Shown here piece after piece: positions 14,026 to 27,610 of a DNA stretch of 64,000 nt. This DNA comes from Callorhinchus milii (Eukaryota). The notes beneath the pieces are model-generated. The model searched no databases. It was given only the letters and a program-made list of their open reading frames with translations, and was not told the origin of the DNA. The position numbers and the translations under genes are program-made. Within the stretch, counting starts at the first letter, position 1; every line of letters starts with the position of its first letter. The stretch covers positions 7,566,001 through 7,630,000 of the forward strand of contig NW_024704742.1 of assembly GCF_018977255.1 (NCBI RefSeq), read 5' to 3'.

Positions 14026-14695
14026 CTATTCTTATGATGGATGAGACCTGTATTTACGTTGTAGTTTTGTGTTGTTATTCATGAGATGCAGCAGTTCCCT
14101 TTTACTTGTGGTCCCAACTAACCAGTGTTCAGCCACTACGCCCCGAAGCTCTGGAACCCTCTTCCTCAATCCCTCAGCCTTGCACCACTCCCCCTCACTT
14201 TACATCTCCGTGTATCCCTCATTACTATTATAAAAAAATGTGCGTTAGAACACAAATCAACAACAGTTTAACTAAAGAAAAGAAAACACAATAGTAAGCA
14301 AAATACAATAGCTATCAGAGCTGCCCCAGCTGCAAAAAAAAACAAGCAACAACCATTTCAGAAGGGATTAATCCTTTATTATATGAAAAATACAACTTTA
14401 TTTTCGCAAACACAGATGATTTGGACTGAAGTGTCTCTTCAGTCAGGCACATGGAAGGAAGAGTTCTCTGGACTATTCTTCCCCTTCAGGTACAGCTTAC
14501 CTTAACACCATTCACTTGGATCCTTCTGTTAGGAGTCAAACACCACCTCATAGATTGAAATAATTTGCCTTTCTTTTAAAAAAAATGGCTTCAGCTTTTA
14601 AGCATTTCATCCTTTTGAAGTCGAGCTGCGAAGCATCAAAAGACCAAAAGGTTCTTTTCCAGAGAAGGTCACACTGTCTGCTCTCAGTTATGGGG

Positions 14696-15015
14696 TAATA
14701 ATATAATAATAATAATCCTTGCATTTGATATAGCGCTTTTCATGTCTTCTGGACATCCCAAATCGCTTCACAGAATATACTGTAAAGTGAATTGACTGTA
14801 TATTTGTGGGCGAACGCGGCAGCCAATTGCGCACAGCAATGTCCCACAAACAGTCATAGATTGAAAATGACCAATTTTTTTTTGTTTTTTGGAGGGATTA
14901 TTATTAGGCGTGTGGAGTAAGGAAACTTGCCCAAGGTTTCGCCCTCTGCCTGGAATTGAACTCAGGTCTCTCACTTGCAAAGCGGAGTGCTCTAACCACT
15001 GAGCTACAGGACTCC
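14696..15015 (-). mobile_element. Full-length SINE, short variant
   Basis: Head ggagtcctgtagctcagtggttagagc, deletion junction, (tta)n tail. Confidence 0.9.
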
Positions 15016-15169
15016 GGGGGTAACACAGAATACATATCCCAAGTGTGTGCGTGTCACTTGGCTGTTAGCTAGGATGGTGCCATCAAATAAACTTAACATC
15101 AATATCAAATGTACAATGAATGGTGGATACCCTGTTTAGGGCTGACGCACCAGAACCTAACTGCACATT

Positions 15170-16810
15170 TAGTCAATGAAACTCACCAGCTGCTGCCTCG
15201 ACACTCTCCCCACCAACTTGCTGGTCACCCAGCTCCCCCTCCTCTGCCCACTACTGGCTGATGTCATCAACCAGTCCCTCTCCTCCAGATTAATCCCTGT
15301 CCCCCTCAAAACTGCTGTCATCACCCTCCTCCTCAAGAAACCTTCCCTAGATCCCTCAAACCCCAGCCACTACCGCCCTATTTCTAACCTGCCCTTCCTT
15401 GCAAAGGTCCTAGAACGAGTTGTTGCAAATGTACTCCGTGCACATCTCTCCTCCCACTCCCTCTTCGAACCCCTCCAGTCTGGTTTCCGCCCTGTCCACA
15501 GTACAGAGACTGCGCTTGTGAAGGTCACAAACGACATCCTCTCTATTTGTGACCAGGGCTCCCTCTGCCTCCTTGTCCTCCTGGACCTCTCCACAATGTT
15601 CGACCACGCCATCCTTCTCCACCGCTTTCCTCCATCATCCACCTCAGTGGGACCGCACTCGCCTGGTTCGAGTCCTACCTCACAAATCGCTAGCAATACA
15701 TCTGCACAAATGGCTTCTCCTCCTGCTCCCACCTGGTTACCTGCGGGGTACCCCAAGGATTCATCCTTGGCCCCCTCCTCTTTCTGATCTATATGATCCC
15801 TTTTGGGGATGTCATCCGCAGACATGGGGTACATTTCCACATGTATGCAGATGACACCCCACTCTACTTTTCCACCTCTCTTTACGAATCCCCTGATGTT
15901 CTGTCAGCTGCCTGTCAGACCTCAGGAGCTGGATGAGAGCAAATTTCCTTCAGCTGAACGTTGACAAGGCGGAAGCCATACTTTGTGGCTCTCATCAACG
16001 TCTAAAATCCCACGGTTCTCACCTCCTCCACCTACCTGACCACCCCCTAAAACTATCCGAACTCATATGCAATCTGGGCGTCAGGTTTGACTCTCAATTA
16101 TCCTTCCCCCCCCACATCTGGTCCCTCACCAGCACCACTTTCTTACACTTCCGACGCATCGCTCGTCTCCGTCAATACCTCTCTCCGAAAGCCGCTGAAA
16201 CTCTGGTCCGTGCCTTTGTCACCTCTTGGCTGGACTATTCTAACGCCCTCCTCGCCGGTCCTTGGTAGTGAAGGTCTCTCCTTCACTACCATCCATAAAA
16301 TCTAAATCATTCGAAACTCTGCCAGCCACATTTTCACCTGCACGAAACTCCGCTCCCCGATCACCCCAGTCCTTGCCAGACTGCACTGGCTGCCTGTCCC
16401 AGAGAGGATCGATTTCAAGATCTTCACCCTTGTATTCAAGTCCCTGCACTCCTCTGCACCCCCCGCCCCCGACCTCTCTGACCTCCTCTCTCCTCAAAAC
16501 AGTGCCTGTTGCCTTCGTTCCACCGGGTTCGGCCTCCTCCTCATCCCCCGAGTCCTCCACTCCACCCTCAGCGGCCATGCCTTCAGCCACTACACCCCGA
16601 GGCTCTGGAATTCCCTTCCTCGCTCCCTTCGCCTCGCTCCCTCGCTTCCTACTTTCAGGTCTCGGCTGAAGACCTTCCTGTTCGATTGCGCCTTTGGTCA
16701 CCTTCCTCCCCCTTTCCCTGGTTCGGGCCTGGGATCCGTTACTGTGAAGCGCTCTGAGACGCCGTCCAGCGTGGAGGGCGCTATATAACTCCAATTGTTG
16801 TTGTTGTAGT
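15170..16810 (+). mobile_element. 5'-truncated L2-clade LINE (RT domain remnant with frameshifts, intact 3' tail)
   Basis: ORF fragments [55 protein letters not shown] (~15838-15858), NFLQLNVDK, LDYSNALLAG; tail ctgtgaagcgctctgagacg...ggcgctatataa(ttg)n. Confidence 0.92.
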
Positions 16811-18840
16811 TAGTGCATTTAGTCACCCTCCTACCTCAACCCTACCTGGCCTCCACAACTCCTGATTCCAACCCTCAGCTCGGTTGCAAATCCTTGAGTG
16901 TCCAGGGCATGGGGATGTCACTCTGATGTGAAGGAACTATACAAATGTAATTTGTTGCTGTTTTTGTTATTTTCAGAACTTTCGATGTCCATTGCTAACA
17001 AAATTTCAGTCAATAACTGGTCGCAATGCACAATTGCCCCCACTCCACCCCCCCATTCCTAATTTTGTGAAAATAGTTGGGTCTGAAGCTCTGTCTCCCT
17101 TCCTCTCTTACTCTTACTCTTCCACTCTCTCTGTGTGTTTCACTTTCTTTCCCAATCTCTATCTCCCCCACTCCTTTTCTATGTGCCTCCTCCCCACCCT
17201 CTCTTTTTCTCTCTCTCTCTCTTTTCCAAACACATAATCGAGCCCAGCCTCATCCGGTTTTAATATTCCTTCTTTTCATTCAATGCCCAAAGTGACTGTG
17301 TCTAAGATATTAACAAAGATACTTAAACAGATGGGAGCACAACACCTTCCAGTCACCAGCAGTGCAATACCTGCTGTTCAGGAATCCAAGCCACCCAACC
17401 ATACAGTGACCATAGTGTAGCGACTTAATAAAGCAACAGCAAATGAACTGCTAACAACTCCGCAATGCACAATTCATCTGTGCACAAATTGGCTGCAGTC
17501 ACTAACACTTTCCAATAAATCATGTAGAGCTCTTTGAGACATCTTCTTGTGAGCAGACCAGATTGAGAAGGAAGCAGGCACCCTGTTTCGTTGACCGAAC
17601 AACAATGATGGAGCGAGAGTTTGCTTCACAGGTTAATTCCCGTTTCGAAGACCTGACTGCCTCCTGCGGCCACGCTGACTTCTTAATGGCCTTTAAAAAT
17701 TTCACAAAGATTAGTTTGATGGCAATTGTTATTGTATAAAAATGAGTATTAATACTAACTCAGTGGGCATATCTGCTCTCACGCTAACTTATTAGTCATT
17801 TCCATAACGTTTAGTGAAGTGTAAATGATAAAATGGCAGGAGGAAATGTCTTGCTAATGCCAGCTGTGTCTGAATTCTGGTTCTGAATGCGTTCTGCTAG
17901 CATAATTTATTTCATTATTGCATTTTTGACCCGGGGCTTGGCTCTGCAGTCTTCACTGACAGACAGTGCTCTAATTACAATAAGTGTAGCACCAGCATGG
18001 TAATTAGTCCTGCTGGGGTTTAAGAATCAGGAATTGAGAAGGAAATATCTTTGGTGTCAGATATCACCCTGCAGCCAGCCAGTCAGTCAGTACAATGGAT
18101 GGATGAGTGCGTTGGTTTTAGCTATATAAATGCAGCAGGTCTGCAGATCGGATTAGTTGGGTTAGTAAACATGGTAGTAATGTGACTTAATTATTACTTT
18201 CTAATTTTTTGCTTCTGCTTCTTCACGACAGTTTTGCCTTTGCTTTTGTTCGTCCCGCTTTGCGCTGTGTTGAAGCGTGCTAGCTGGACAAAGTCAGGCG
18301 TTGGTTGTGGCGAAGGACAAGAGTATATCAGCGAATCATCACAGCGCTTTTAGTCGCAGAGCTTCAAATCAGTGGAGCTGGTTAGCCTGCTGGAACGGAC
18401 ACTTTCTTTTGTGGCTTGCCTTTCACCGTTTCAGTCACGGTCCACGTCTGGCTGATTTTCAATTGTTTCTTCTCGAGTTTCAGGGAAAGTGAACATTGAT
18501 AAATAAAAGGGCTCTTCGGAGACACTTAAAAAGCAACCTACAGTGCAGCGAATACAATCAAAACTAAAATTATAATTAATATATTGAATATATATGGATG
18601 TGGATATTCAGTACAAGTGGATTACAGTGGGTGAAGGGAATTGATTAATCAAATACTTTGGGACAATGTGATCAATTTCAAGGATGACATTTAAGCAGTT
18701 TTATATCCCTCACCTGAGCACAGAGATTTAATTGCTGCATACAAATAAGCCCAGACTGCATGTTGGTTTGGTTATACAGTGTTTGAAGAAAGATTTAATT
18801 CAGTGTGAGGCATTCTGAGCTGCCAATGTGCCCTGTGGTA

Positions 18841-19130
18841 TTAATAATAATAACCCTTTCATTTGATATAGCGCCTTATCACATCTTCGAGACCTCTCAA
18901 AATGCATCACAAAATATACTGTAAAGTGAATTGACTGTACATTTTGTGGGCAAAACGAGGCAGCCAATGGCACACAGCAGTGTCCCACAAACAGTCGTGG
19001 ATTGAGTGACCAACTTTTTAATTATTTTTAAGGAATTATTACCCCCGGAAAAGCAATCCGCCAATTGACCAACAACTGGGTTCCTATTTACTGCTAGGTA
19101 AACAGAGGCATGTTGAGCAAGGAAACTTGG
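18841..19130 (-). mobile_element. SINE, long variant, 5'-truncated
   Basis: Same body and tail. Confidence 0.85.
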
Positions 19131-20069
19131 GGAGTTAGCGAGAGGGGAGAGGAGAGGGAAAGGCAAGTCTGAAATGTGAGATTTGAACGATAAAGAGACT
19201 GTGTGGGGTGGCGGTCCATAGGTCAGTGTGATGCATAATAATAAAAAAAATCGTTGCATTTGATATAGCACCTTGCATGTCAGGAGGAAATTCACAGGTT
19301 TTAAGGGACTGCGTAATCTGGGTGAGAATATACTGGCAATGGTATTGACAAGTTTTAATAGATACAGATCCTCGAAAAACTTATTGTAACTCTCACATTT
19401 TAGACCTTTATGTTCAGAATATCTAAAGCAAATCACGATTGCAATTTGGAGGGAATATTTCAGTACTGGCACACGGCACATCAATCATTACTGTACATTC
19501 TGAGAAGAAGCTTAATACCTATCAAGGTACAGTTATCATCCACTAATCCTTCTTGGACTGTCTCGCATCCATGCTTCAGTTGCAATTGAACATCCTCGAA
19601 TCCCACAGTCACACCACCAGGAATTCTCTTACTAGGAATCCCTGGATATAATGTTAATCCATGTTTAATTCACTGTGATTCCACCACAAGCACTAACTCT
19701 CAGGGCTCTCTCTCCCTCTCTCTTCTAGTTATACTTGTAGTCTGATCTCCTCATTTCTTATACAGGATATGCAACACAGCTTTTCTATCTGTTTTTTTTT
19801 CACCCTGATAAGTTTTGCTGCAAGGCTTTCAGACATCCCACGCGAATCCCTAGCCACTTCCTGAGAGCAATTCTTATTGGCTTGGTCATAAATTAGTTTG
19901 ACACAGTCAATCATGTATCCTAGCCTCCCTGAATGACTCTCAAAATGGGACAGCCCATCACAGACTTCCAAAGCCACACTCAACAACCTAAGAAATTGGG
20001 ATGTTTCCATTATGCATATCAAATGTTTGCACCAAAGCTGCCAGATCAATTATAGGACATTTGGATACA

Positions 20070-20480
20070 AAGCTAAGCAGAGGGGGGTGAGTAGAGGTGT
20101 CGAGTATGAGAAGGTAAGAGAGATAGGGAGGTGTTTGGGTATGAAGAGATTTATATGTGAGGGTGAGGACCTTGAAGTTATTCTGTTGGGAAATAGGGAG
20201 ACAGTGGAGCCTGGCGAGGGTTGGGGTGATGGTCTTGCAGAGATTGGTGCGATTGAGGTCATCAGCAGTGGAACGTTGGGTTAGCTGGACCAAGTGATGA
20301 TGCAACTGGGAGGGGGACCCATGAGGAGTGCATTAAAGTCAAGGCCTGGAGATGACAAAAGTGTGGATGAGGGTTTTATATGATATAGAAGTGGAAGCCG
20401 GCAATGTGACAGAAATGAAGGAAGGCAATGACAAGCACTTGCATTTGCGTAGCGCCCTTCATGTGGGGTAACGTCTTGCG
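20070..20480 (-). mobile_element. Degenerate L2 LINE fragment
   Basis: ITPTLARLHCLPISQQNNFKVLTLTYKSLH..PPYLS motif. Confidence 0.75.
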
Positions 20481-23057
20481 CAGTCTTCTTCCGGGACTAG
20501 ATATAAAGAAGGAAGAAGAGCTCAGGATCAAACATTAGTTCAGTGAGTTCAAGAGAGAGACCAGGAGGTAGAGGAGGTCGCAGCCAGAGGTGAGGAGACT
20601 TTGGCAAGAGCTTAGAAGGATGACTGCCATATTGTCCATGGTAAGCTTCAGGAAGAGGCATCAGTTAAATTGGTGCGGCCTCTTATCAAAAACATTTTAT
20701 AAAAATTCAGCTATTCTTGAAGAGCATCAGAGATTTTTTAATACTGAACCAATGACACAAAAGAATTGACTTAGAACACTCATCTGCGAGAGAGGTGGCA
20801 AGGATTATTATTATTCTCTGACCACAGTGTCAGGAACCTCCCATTAATTCTCTAAACTGTAATCTTCTCAGCGTAATTATGTCCATAAATATTGCAAACA
20901 TCAGTTAAAGCCGATATCATTTATTTATGTGCCGATATAATCTCAAAAAACGAATAGGTTTGGCACTGAGAAAAAGGTGAGAAAGGTAAATACGTTTATT
21001 GATATTATAAAAGCTTACGTTAATAGTCGCATCATAAAAGTCTAATTGCATCTAAAGATTGGCTATTAAAGGAGATGGTAGGTGCGGTTGTGGAGAGTGC
21101 TTTCAATTTATAATTTAGGTTTAATTTATTTTCCCGAGAGCTTTGCCATTTCAGGTCTCCACAGTCAGCACAAAGCCACTCAGCTGCCGACAGCTCAGAG
21201 AAACCCTGCTGAGCCTGGAGACAGCCAAAGCTGGTTCCCTGCAGGACAGAGCCAAGGAATCTCTCCTGCAAGGTGGGAGGTTTTCTAAGTGAAAGCTGGA
21301 ATTTTCTTTTTAACCCTATCTTCCATTTGCCATCTTGGTTATTATAATCCCTAATAATAAGCCTTGCATTCGGTACAGCATCTTTATCACTTCATTAAAA
21401 TGTCTCAAAGGGCTTGACGGGATTCCCTGCACACAGCGTTGTCCAACAAACAACCATGAAATGAATGAATCATTTTTATTTGGTCGTTTGCTGGCCAGAA
21501 CTCTGGGAGAAACTCCCTTCTCTTTTTGAATAGTGCTCTGGGATCTTTAATGTGTTGATATCAATATTAATCATGTTATCTCCTACTCTCCAAGGAGGTG
21601 ACCTTCTTCTCTTCCTCGTCCAATCTGCAGACTTATGAAACCCAAGCTTGTCATCATCTGAGCACGCACACCACTGCTCTTTTCACTCTTGGTGCTATTG
21701 TACACAAGGAGCCTCGACACTTCACTCAGCACAGTAACGAACTAAAACAAAGTTAAGCGGGATACAATATTAAGGACATTCACAGTAACGGCCTTACCTT
21801 GGTTCATCTGATCTCAGTTTGGCATTGCAATTGGACTCAATGCTCCCTGACAAGGGAACAGAGAAAAAAAATACTAGCCTTAGTTTTCCCTCCTGATCAT
21901 TGTGTAGTGCCCCCCCCACAATTATTAGAAAGTATATGCATTGTAGAATCTGATGGGGATGGGGGGAAAATGACCAAAAGTGCAGTCAAAGAGTTAAGTT
22001 TTGAATGAGACATTGAAAGTGAGGGAGCGAGTTGAAGAGACTGTGATGGAGTTCCAGAGATTGGGGGCAGAATGGATGGAAGCGCCATATCTCCCCTCCA
22101 GCCCCTTCCCCCCTCCAAATAGAGGAATGGACATGATGTGCGCCTTTGTTCCTTGAGGGAAGGGAGAGACCAGGTTGGAAAGAGAATCCGGGTGGGAAGC
22201 TTGGTTGCTGTGGGTTTGCGAAGACGTATTGGACTGTTTCTTGTGGTGCTGCCCCTATCATACATAGTCTGACCACAGCTCAAGTGCTCGAGTTGGAAGA
22301 CTCTGGCTTGGTTGTCCTCAGCGGCTACAGTGATCTAGGGATGGAGCAAAGGATAGACCAGAGATGCATTGTGAATCATACTCGATTTGGCAGACTCGAT
22401 TGGATTCTTTTATGTTTCGCTGCTATTTTCAAGTTGGTGTGTGGAAGAGCAGTGGGTGAATGTTGGGCTGGTTTGAAGACTTTAAAGCTCTTGTTACAAT
22501 TCAGCTGCTTCATCCACCACACACACATGTCCCACACCAGTGGGAAAATAACTGGTCTGTCACTTGTGATCAGTCAGAATCACTCTCAGTGGCCTGCCAA
22601 AAGACACTGAGCCTAGGACAGTCTGGTTTTCTCTTTGTACAGGCAGCGAGACACTAGAGTAGCTTCACTGGATTGACACACACTTCTGCTGGGTTAGTCT
22701 TTCTAACCTAAACATCAGCAAGTTTTTAAACGTCTTTTACAAAGAACAGGAGTAACATAATAATAATCCTTGCATTGACCTAGCACAGTAACACGTCATC
22801 GGGATGTTAGAAAGTGCTTCACAGGATTTTACTGTAAATTGCTGGTAAACACAGCAGCCAATTTTTTGCACAGTAATGTCCCACAAAGTCATTAAGTGAA
22901 TGACCAGTTTAATTATTAAGTGTTTTTTTTTAATAATTCCATATCAGTCGGATGTCATGTTTCTGTTATTCAAACTCCAGTGCTATTTCACCACAGAATT
23001 CAGATTGCTGTCTTACCAACTTTTATTACACAGAGCACTACTCTGTTAAAATCGTGA

Positions 23058-23710
23058 ATACAACAACATCAAGATTACATTTGTATAGCGCCTTTCATGT
23101 CGGGAGGACGTCCCAAGGTGCTGGACAGAGTACAGCATTTCAAACCCGAGCTGGGGTTGGGGGGGAAAGGGAGGGAGGGGAAGGGGGTGGCCGATGGCAT
23201 GGTCGAAGAGGAGGATCTTGAGGTGGGACTTGAAGGAGGCTAAGGAGGGGGTGAGGCGGAGTGACTGGGGATGGAATTCCAGAGTTTGGGGGCAGAGTGG
23301 CTGAAGGCTCTCCCGCAAATGGTGGGGCGGGTGGGTCGGGGGATGTGGAGGAGGCCAGAGCCGGCTAAGATGAGAGAATGGGTGTGTTGGTAGGGGGTTA
23401 GGAGGTCGCAGAGGTAGGTTGGAGCGAGGCCATGGAGGGCTTTGTATGTGAGGACCAGGATCTTGAACTGGATCCTCTGAAGGATAGGGAGACAGTGGAG
23501 TCGGGCGAGAATGGGGGAGATGGGGTCACGGAGTTTGGTGCGGGAGAGGACACGGGCTGCAGAGTTCTGGATTATCTGCAGTCTGTGGAGGGAGGGGTTG
23601 GGAAGGCCGACAAGCGGGGCGTTTGCATAGTCGAGCCTGGAGGTGATGAAGGCATGAACAAGAGTTTCAGCGGCCTGAGGAGTGAGGTAATGGTGGAGTC
23701 AGGTGATGTA
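23058..23710 (-). mobile_element. L2 LINE 3' fragment
   Basis: Similar to the 9352-9980 copy, with the same tail. Confidence 0.88.
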
Positions 23711-24404
23711 TAGATAGTGTTTAGCACACACGTTTGAGTTATTATGTAGATTAATTTTGATAATTCCTATAAATCAACTGCAGTTGACATCAGAATAAAT
23801 TCACAGTAACATCACCTTCATAATAAATAAGGATTCTTGCATTTGATACAGTGCTTATCAGTATCACAATCACTTCACAGGGAATTAGCAACAAGGGTAG
23901 GCTATATTTTTCAACAGTATGACAGTGCAATTGGCCTCAATGATCCTTGGCAAGGGAACAGAGAGAAAAAAAGAGAATTTGTACATAGCAAGGTACCACA
24001 AACAGCCATGAACTTAATGATTTACCTATTTGAGGGATTGTTGGCCAGAATGCCAGGAAAAACTCTATTCTCCATTTCCTTGGTTAGCTAGCAGCAGGTC
24101 GGTTACTAGTCGATTGACGGATCGCTTTTCTGGGGGTAATAATCCAAGGACCTTTGTGGGCCCATGAGATGGTTTCGGGGGACTGTGGAGGTGGGGCACA
24201 CAGAAGAGCTGCAGGAAGTGCAAAGGCTATGGAACAGCCTATTTGAATAATATGGTGGAACACTTCATCCGAAGCAGGGGTTTCCAATCTAATCTAATCA
24301 GGCAGACAGGACAGGGTTTAACGTCTCATGCCAATTCACCTGACATTGTGAAGGCACTACTACTAACATCAGCAAGCCTGAGCTCAGATTCCTTTTCCCT
24401 ATCA

Positions 24405-24777
24405 CTATTATAATAATATTCCTTGCATTTTGATACAGCGCCTTATCACGTCTTTGAGACGTCTCAAAGCGATTCACAGAATATACTGTAAAGTGAATTG
24501 ACTGTGTATTTTGTGGGCGAATTGCAGCAGCCAATTGCACACAGCAGTGTCCCACAAACAGTCGTGGATTGAGTGACCAAATTATTATTATTGTTTTTTT
24601 TTTAAGGGCTTATTACCCCCAGAAAAGCAATCTGACAATTGAATAACAACCGGGTTTCTACTAGGTCACAGAGACATGTGGAGTAAGGAAGCTTGACCAA
24701 GGTTTCGCCCCTCCCGGGAATCAAACCCAGGTCTCTCGCTTGCGAGGCGAGTGCTCTAACCACTGAGCCACAGGACT
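24405..24777 (-). mobile_element. Full-length SINE, long variant
   Basis: Head with A and B boxes, body, tail. Confidence 0.9.
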
Positions 24778-27084
24778 ATTCTCGTCCAGATGTATGTATT
24801 TAAGCAGCAAGTCATGGATGAAATCCTCTGACCGCATTTATCAACTGGCTGCCCTTGTTTCTTATACAGTACAACAAATGTATCCTGCTCACGAAGCCGG
24901 TGATATCCTGAACTGCTCCCCTAACCTTCCTCTAATGAACCAGAGATGAATTTCTGTGAGGTCACCTTTATTGATCTTCATTGGTTACCAGCACCGTTTC
25001 TTTCGAGGTGTCTGTGTGACCACTGATGTGACCTCTATTTATTCCTTTTCTCATTGCTAACCTTAGGGGAGTTGACTTCACGAGCAATACCTCATTTTGA
25101 AGCATCGCGCTCAACCATGCAGTGTATTAGATCAGAAACAAGAGTCAGTTTAAGCCAACTCCACTCAGATGAGGTCAGCATGGGGTTAGACACTAACAGT
25201 CGTGTCAGACAACAGCCATGTCCCACACTGCTTCCACTTTCCCAATCCCAAGAACATCGAGAACTCGATGGCCACATCCCTGGTCTGGCAATAACAACGG
25301 CCAGGATCTCATGTACGGATGTGTTTGCATTTTTTTTTACCTGAATTTGACATTTTGTTCTATCTGCAGTCACTTGTGCAATATAATAACTGCTGCTGTA
25401 CTTTGGAGTTATAATATTATATGTAAAATGGCCCCAGTTGTGGTATAATAGTCTCATACATACATACATGTCACACTTTGTTTAGCCATTTATATCTGCT
25501 CATGGTAGTCACCATTTTCATTGCACATTCCAGCTGCATTGGCATTTTGAGCTCGGTCGAAGCTGACACTCCAGAGCAGCACTGAGGGAGCTCTGCAATG
25601 CCGTAGGTGCCGTTCTTCGAATGAGACGTTAAACTCGGGTCCCGCCTCTCTGTTCAGGGGGATGTTTAAGATCCCATGGCACAACTTGAAAAGAGAAAGG
25701 AGTTTCTCTTATTGTCCTGGCCTCAACTATCTTTCCTGACAACCTGTTCCAATCATTGATTACCCACTGCACCAAGCAAAATTAATTGATATTTGTCCTG
25801 AAATTGCCCTTTACACCTTAAACTTAAGTTCTCTTATTCTATTGTCCTGATTGATCCTGATGTGTTGATCTGCATTTACTTTTATCTGTTGGTTAGGACA
25901 CCAGGAGAAGCTTCTTCTCCATTCAATCAGTGCCATGAGATCTTTAATGTCCAACTGAACAGGCAGATAGGTCAGAAAGTTGTGTCATACGAAGAAAGGC
26001 ACCTCCAACAATCCAGCGCTCCCCTTTATTTCAGTGTCAGCCAGACTGCGAGTTCAAAGGTCTGATGTGGGACTCAAACTCACAGCCTTCTGACTCAAAA
26101 GCAAGAGTGCTAACCAACACAGCCAGGTTGGTAACCCAGAGGTACTTGTCTCTGTTTCAATTGGTGTGAGGACAGACCGTGGCCAAATGAGAACAATAAC
26201 TTTCACTTTTATCGCCCCTTCATATAGGATAATGTGTCAGTTTGCTTTTACAGGGACTGTATAGAAACCTCAGCTGGGTAAGAGGTTCAGGCAGTGGGAG
26301 TATAAAGGTCTTGGCATCTGGTAGAACATTGGTATGTTTCCGAGTGCAGTTCCTAAGATGTGTTATTTGCAAATGCTTGTGCGAATCTCATAAATTCAAG
26401 CTCCAATATGCTGGATTACAGAATAAGAAGCGTGACTAAAGTTCTGCCAAGAGTGAATGAGGACAGAGCCTGTAAAGGTGGAAATGAGCCGAGTTCCATT
26501 ATGCTAGGATGACAATTTTTCTAGATGAATGGCTGACAAATTAATTGCCCCTCTTAACAATAAACTCTCTTGTGTAGAGTTGTGCTTAAGGCAATGGAGA
26601 TCTCTCCCTTTCATAAAACAAAAGGGTATCTCTACCCTTCAGCCCACTTCTGCACTGATAATAAAACATCAAAATTAATCAGAACCAACACATAAGTGTC
26701 TCAAAAAAAGGATTTATTGAAGCCTGGATCCAGTGTGTTTGTGCAATGTGACTGTATTCATTGTTGGATCGCTTTAAACTGCCTGGGAATGATTGATAGA
26801 TCTCATCAAAGTATACAGAAATGAAATACAGTGGAAATGTTGTTCTGTTTTCTCAAACCTTTATGAATTATGAATATTGTGTCGGATGTCTGTCTGCCTT
26901 TAATGTTCTGTCTAACTAATAAAATCAAAATATACAACAGCAATTTCGAATCAAACTCTTGACAATGTATAAGTAAAATAAAATCTGTGGTAAAACAAAA
27001 TCATGTACGTGTATCACATCCTGCAGCTGAGGACAGCTGGATTGTTTCCGTTTCGGGTTATGGCACAGATACTGGGGGTAAAAT

Positions 27085-27300
27085 GATAATAATACTCCTT
27101 GAATTTGATACAGCGCCTTATCACATCTTCGAGACGTCTCAAAGCTCTTCACAGAATATACAGGAAAGTGAATTGACTGTATATTTTTTGGGCGAAACTG
27201 TAAAGTGTAATGACTGTGTATTTTGCGGTCGAAATGCAGAAGTCAATTGCGCACAGCAGTGTCCCACAAACAGTCATGGATGGAGTGACCACATTTTTTT
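27085..27300 (-). mobile_element. SINE 3' half with internal duplication
   Basis: aaagtg..tgactgt.tattttg segment present twice. Confidence 0.75.
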
Positions 27301-27335
27301 TTGGAGTGATTATTATCCTTCCCTCCACAAGCCAT

Positions 27336-27610
27336 AATACAAAATTACATTTGTACAGTGCTTTTTTTTTTCCTCGGGAGGACGTACCAAGGCGCTGGAC
27401 AGTCAGGGATTTGGACCCGAGCAGGGGGGAGGAGGGTGGGGGTGTGGTGGGGGGGGGCGGGGAAGGTTGGGATCAGGGGGAGGGTGAAGGGCAGGGAGGG
27501 TAGGAGGCTGGCCGAAGGCGTGATCGAAGAGGAGGGACTTGCCTTGAAGGAGGTAAGGGAGGGAGCGAGGCGAAGGGAACGTGGGACAGAATTCCAAAGG
27601 GTGGAGGCAA
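27336..27610 (-). mobile_element. L2 LINE 3' end
   Basis: Same tail and 3'UTR as the other L2 copies (ggcgctggacagtcagggatttggacccgagc). Confidence 0.8.

Noticed and set aside
15176..16794. Long ORFs of 100-203 aa as host genes
   Set aside because: Frameshifted L2 reverse-transcriptase remnants and their antisense frames
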